A stretch of DNA of 62,102 bases, the filler included, from Deltaproteobacteria bacterium (GTDB lineage: Bacteria; JAUYMQ01): NCBI GenBank assembly GCA_030698575.1. It is 10 parts of 10 records of this genome, joined end to end, with 100 filler letters (N's around TTAATTAATTAA, not from the genome) between each part and the next. Parts side by side here need not be neighbours in the genome. Positions count along the whole stretch, not along the records: positions 59,543 to 62,102 come from JAUYMQ010000237.1; 9 more parts are not named here. One strand, written 5' to 3'. Positions 60,306 through 62,102 of this stretch are shown here, piece by piece. Each line of letters opens with the position of its first letter. Within the stretch, counting starts at the first letter, position 1. A program made the translations under genes and the position numbers. The notes below the pieces were generated by a model. The model made no database searches. It saw only the letters and a program-made list of their open reading frames with translations, and was not told the origin of the DNA.

Positions 60306-60345
60306 GGGCTTCTCCTTCATCGCCCGCGAGCGGGCAGGGGTTGGA

Positions 60346-60582
60346 CTACTTCTGCTTCCGCAAACAGGTGGACATGCACGGTCGGAACGGGCCGTTGCGC
60401 TTGCACTCCTTGACGCAGTGCTTGAGCTTCGCCTGCTGGCGCTTCTGCGCGGGGGACGAATGCGCCCGCTTGCGGTGGGCCTTCTTCGCCCTCGGCGCCT
60501 GGCCGATGACGCGATGGGCGCCGAGGTCTTCGTACCCTCCGGCATTGTAATTCTCGAAGATGGCTATGCGGTTGCGAGGCAT
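60346..60582 (-). CDS. Small basic Cys-rich protein
   Basis: TGATG overlap with the upstream gene; GGYEDLG, then KKAHRKR...HCVKEC...PCMSTCLRKQK. Confidence 0.7.
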   Translation of the reverse strand: MPRNRIAIFENYNAGGYEDLGAHRVIGQAPRAKKAHRKRAHSSPAQKRQQAKLKHCVKECKRNGPFRPCMSTCLRKQK

Positions 60583-60722
60583 CAGCGACTCCTCGAAGCG
60601 AAGATGAACGCCAGAATCCCGACGACCAAGACCCCGCCGCCGACCAAAGCGATCGTCTGAGGCAGCTCGAAGATGCCCCCAGGCGAGGTCTCGCCATATC
60701 CACGTAGCCGACGGACGATCAT
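60582..60722 (-). CDS. 46-aa single-TM protein with an MIVRR...YG leader
   Basis: Below the ORF track cutoff; hand-translated MIVRRLRGYGETSPGGIFELPQTIALVGGGVLVVGILAFIFASRSR*; ATGA overlap upstream, TGATG overlap downstream. Confidence 0.75.
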   Translation of the reverse strand: MIVRRLRGYGETSPGGIFELPQTIALVGGGVLVVGILAFIFASRSR

Positions 60723-61030
60723 CGGTGGCGCCTTCCGTAGCCAGCCAACCGCTTCGGCCGCTTCACGGCCGCGATGACCCCGCCGAGCACAACGATGCCA
60801 ACCACGCCCGCGATGGCCATGTACTTGACCGCGCCAGCGCTCGACTCCGCTTCCTGCGCACGAGAGGCAGCGGCAGCGGCAGCGGCAGCGGCTTGTGCCT
60901 GAGCAGTCTTCGCCGCACTGCCGCCGAGGATGTTTCCGGCAACATCCATGGACTTCATGATGAGGTCTAGGATGTCCCCGTAGGCGGGGCGATGGCCGAT
61001 GCGGCGGGCTGCGGAGCGCGAGACGATCAT
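60719..61030 (-). CDS. Single-TM protein with an MIVSR...YG leader and an Ala-rich stalk
   Basis: MIVSRSAARRIGHRPAYG-DIL...AAAAAAAA...YMAIAGVVGIVVLGGVIAAV-KRPKRLAGYGRRHR; ATGA overlaps at both ends. Confidence 0.78.
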   Translation of the reverse strand: MIVSRSAARRIGHRPAYGDILDLIMKSMDVAGNILGGSAAKTAQAQAAAAAAAAASRAQEAESSAGAVKYMAIAGVVGIVVLGGVIAAVKRPKRLAGYGRRHR

Positions 61031-61227
61031 GTTTTCACCGCCACGTAGAGGAGCCCGCCGACGACCGCGAGCCCTGCAAGGCCGCCCGCGACGTAGAGCC
61101 CAGTGTTGGATGACTGCTGCGGCATCTGGATCTGCGGCGCGGCCTTGGGGTTCATCATCTCCATGATCGCGGGGATGAACTGAACCCAGCCGTAGCGGCC
61201 ACGAGCGTATGTGCGCCGGACGATCAT
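61027..61227 (-). CDS. Single-TM protein with an MIVRR...YG leader
   Basis: MIVRRTYARGRYG-WVQF...LYVAGGLAGLAVVGGLLYVAVKT; ATG overlaps the TGA of the upstream gene. Confidence 0.78.
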   Translation of the reverse strand: MIVRRTYARGRYGWVQFIPAIMEMMNPKAAPQIQMPQQSSNTGLYVAGGLAGLAVVGGLLYVAVKT

Positions 61228-61760
61228 TCGAGCCACGCTGTCAAAACATGCCCGCGCGGAGGTTCCCACCCCACGAAGGATTCGGGGACGGTCGTGTCAA
61301 GCCCAACGACCTGCTTCGGGTTCCGCTTCGGGAGCGCGGCTACGGCGTAGACGTGAACGAATTCGTCCGTGTTCTCTGGACCCCACGCGCGGAGCCCCAT
61401 GCGGAAGCCGAGCGAGCCGGCCAACGAAGTGACCAGCGCTGCGTGGTCGTCACAGTCTGAGCCGCACGAGCCACGCTGACACATCTCGAGCGCCCTGAAC
61501 GGTGCGATGAAGAGGTCTGCAAGCCGTGGGTCGGCGACGTACCGGAAACCGTTTTTCAGGCCCGGAACCTTGCTGCTGCCGTGCTTGACGGCATTGAAGA
61601 TGGCTTCCAGCTCACCAGCATCGTCGCGGGCACGGAGGTCATTGGTGATGGCCCCGGCCGCCTCGCGGATACGAGGGTGGAGCGTCGACCTTTCGGCCAA
61701 CTCGGCGAGCTTTTTGAGAGCCGCCTTCTGATCACCGACGCTGACTAGCGACAGACGCAA
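61224..61760 (-). CDS. Transglutaminase-like (papain-fold) Cys-His-Asp enzyme, putative protease
   Basis: RYVADP...SDCDDHAALVTSL...LGF...FVHVYA...LDTT...GWE; GGAG RBS before TTG. Confidence 0.8.
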   Translation of the reverse strand: MRLSLVSVGDQKAALKKLAELAERSTLHPRIREAAGAITNDLRARDDAGELEAIFNAVKHGSSKVPGLKNGFRYVADPRLADLFIAPFRALEMCQRGSCGSDCDDHAALVTSLAGSLGFRMGLRAWGPENTDEFVHVYAVAALPKRNPKQVVGLDTTVPESFVGWEPPRGHVLTAWLE

Positions 61761-61821
61761 GCCGACTCCGCAACTTCGGAATCAGCCGGGAACATTGGTC
61801 ACTTCAACGCCGCCTAGAAGA

Positions 61822-61851
61822 AAGCTAGCGGAGTGGGGCAGAGGGTGTCAA
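61822..61851 (-). promoter_or_regulatory. Sigma70-like promoter for the transglutaminase operon
   Basis: TTGACA-N18-TAGCTT, about 60 nt upstream of the TTG start. Confidence 0.5.
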
Positions 61852-61892
61852 GTGCGATCCCTTGGCGGGCCAGAAAACATGGTTACGGGGCG

Positions 61893-62102
61893 TCAGTCGA
61901 ATGGGACTTGGCCCTGCTGGCGCATAGAAGTGTGACCAACGGCAGTGATGATGATGTGGTCAGTGATCTTGAGCCCGAGGATGTGGGCACCGTCCAGAAG
62001 TTGCCGTGTCAACGCAGAATCAAGCGCAGAAGGTTCCAAACTCCCGGAAGGATGGTTGTGAACAAGCGCGATCGATACGCACCCAGCCGCAATCGCGGCC
62101 CC
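61893..62102 (-). CDS. RadC-like JAB domain protein, C-terminal part
   Basis: Not in the ORF track; hand-translated IALVHNHPSGSLEPSALD...LGLKITDHIII. Confidence 0.9.
   Translation of the reverse strand, partial: GAAIAAGCVSIALVHNHPSGSLEPSALDSALTRQLLDGAHILGLKITDHIIITAVGHTSMRQQGQVPFD

Larger units (their letters stand above)
59543..62102 (-). mobile_element. Probable fragment of a tailless, membrane-containing virus or provirus
   Basis: RadC-like gene, promoter, transglutaminase-like gene, then coupled small TM and basic proteins. No capsid or packaging ATPase within the contig. Confidence 0.55.

Noticed and set aside
60867-60892. (GCAGCG)n microsatellite as a phase-variation switch
   Set aside because: Hexamer unit that stays in frame and simply encodes the poly-Ala stalk.
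60582-61227. Type IV pilins or double-glycine bacteriocin precursors
   Set aside because: A basic leader ending in Gly is pilin-like, but there is no hydrophobic F/M-x-x-x-E segment after the Gly and the TM helix is C-terminal. No prepilin peptidase, PCAT transporter or RiPP-modifying enzyme is in the contig.

Overview
This window is not one locus. It is ten contigs joined by 100-nt N/TTAATTAATTAA/N linkers (5571-5670, 10305-10404, 15276-15375, 25449-25548, 32996-33095, 39586-39685, 45043-45142, 54879-54978, 59443-59542), as in a GC-rich bacterial metagenome bin. Contigs 1, 2, 6, 7, 8 and 9 hold mostly ordinary chromosomal genes: treY/treZ, purA, SGNH and membrane glycosyltransferase genes, tldD/pmbA, an LLM oxidoreductase, two def genes, a flippase, rsmI, rpe-rsmB-htpX-fmt-def-priA and the spc ribosomal protein operon with secY. 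Contig 4 is a run of short co-oriented accessory genes. Contig 3 looks like a phage satellite or cryptic prophage (AlpA, an iteron-bearing rep-like gene, broken ParB/MT-A70, terS-like HTH, GpZ-like gene). Two regions stand out. (a) Contig 5 has a 2731-bp integrase element at tRNA-Ile, followed by the start of a second sister element; its only cargo is an apparently non-coding ~500-bp array of seven different blocks of 12-bp-period repeats. (b) Contig 10 is a tightly coupled operon: a transglutaminase-like Cys-His-Asp enzyme, then three small membrane proteins sharing an MIV(R/S)R...YG leader, then basic Cys-rich peptides. This looks like a protease-plus-substrates virion module of a tailless membrane-containing virus. 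All calls come from reading motifs by eye; no database searches were run.
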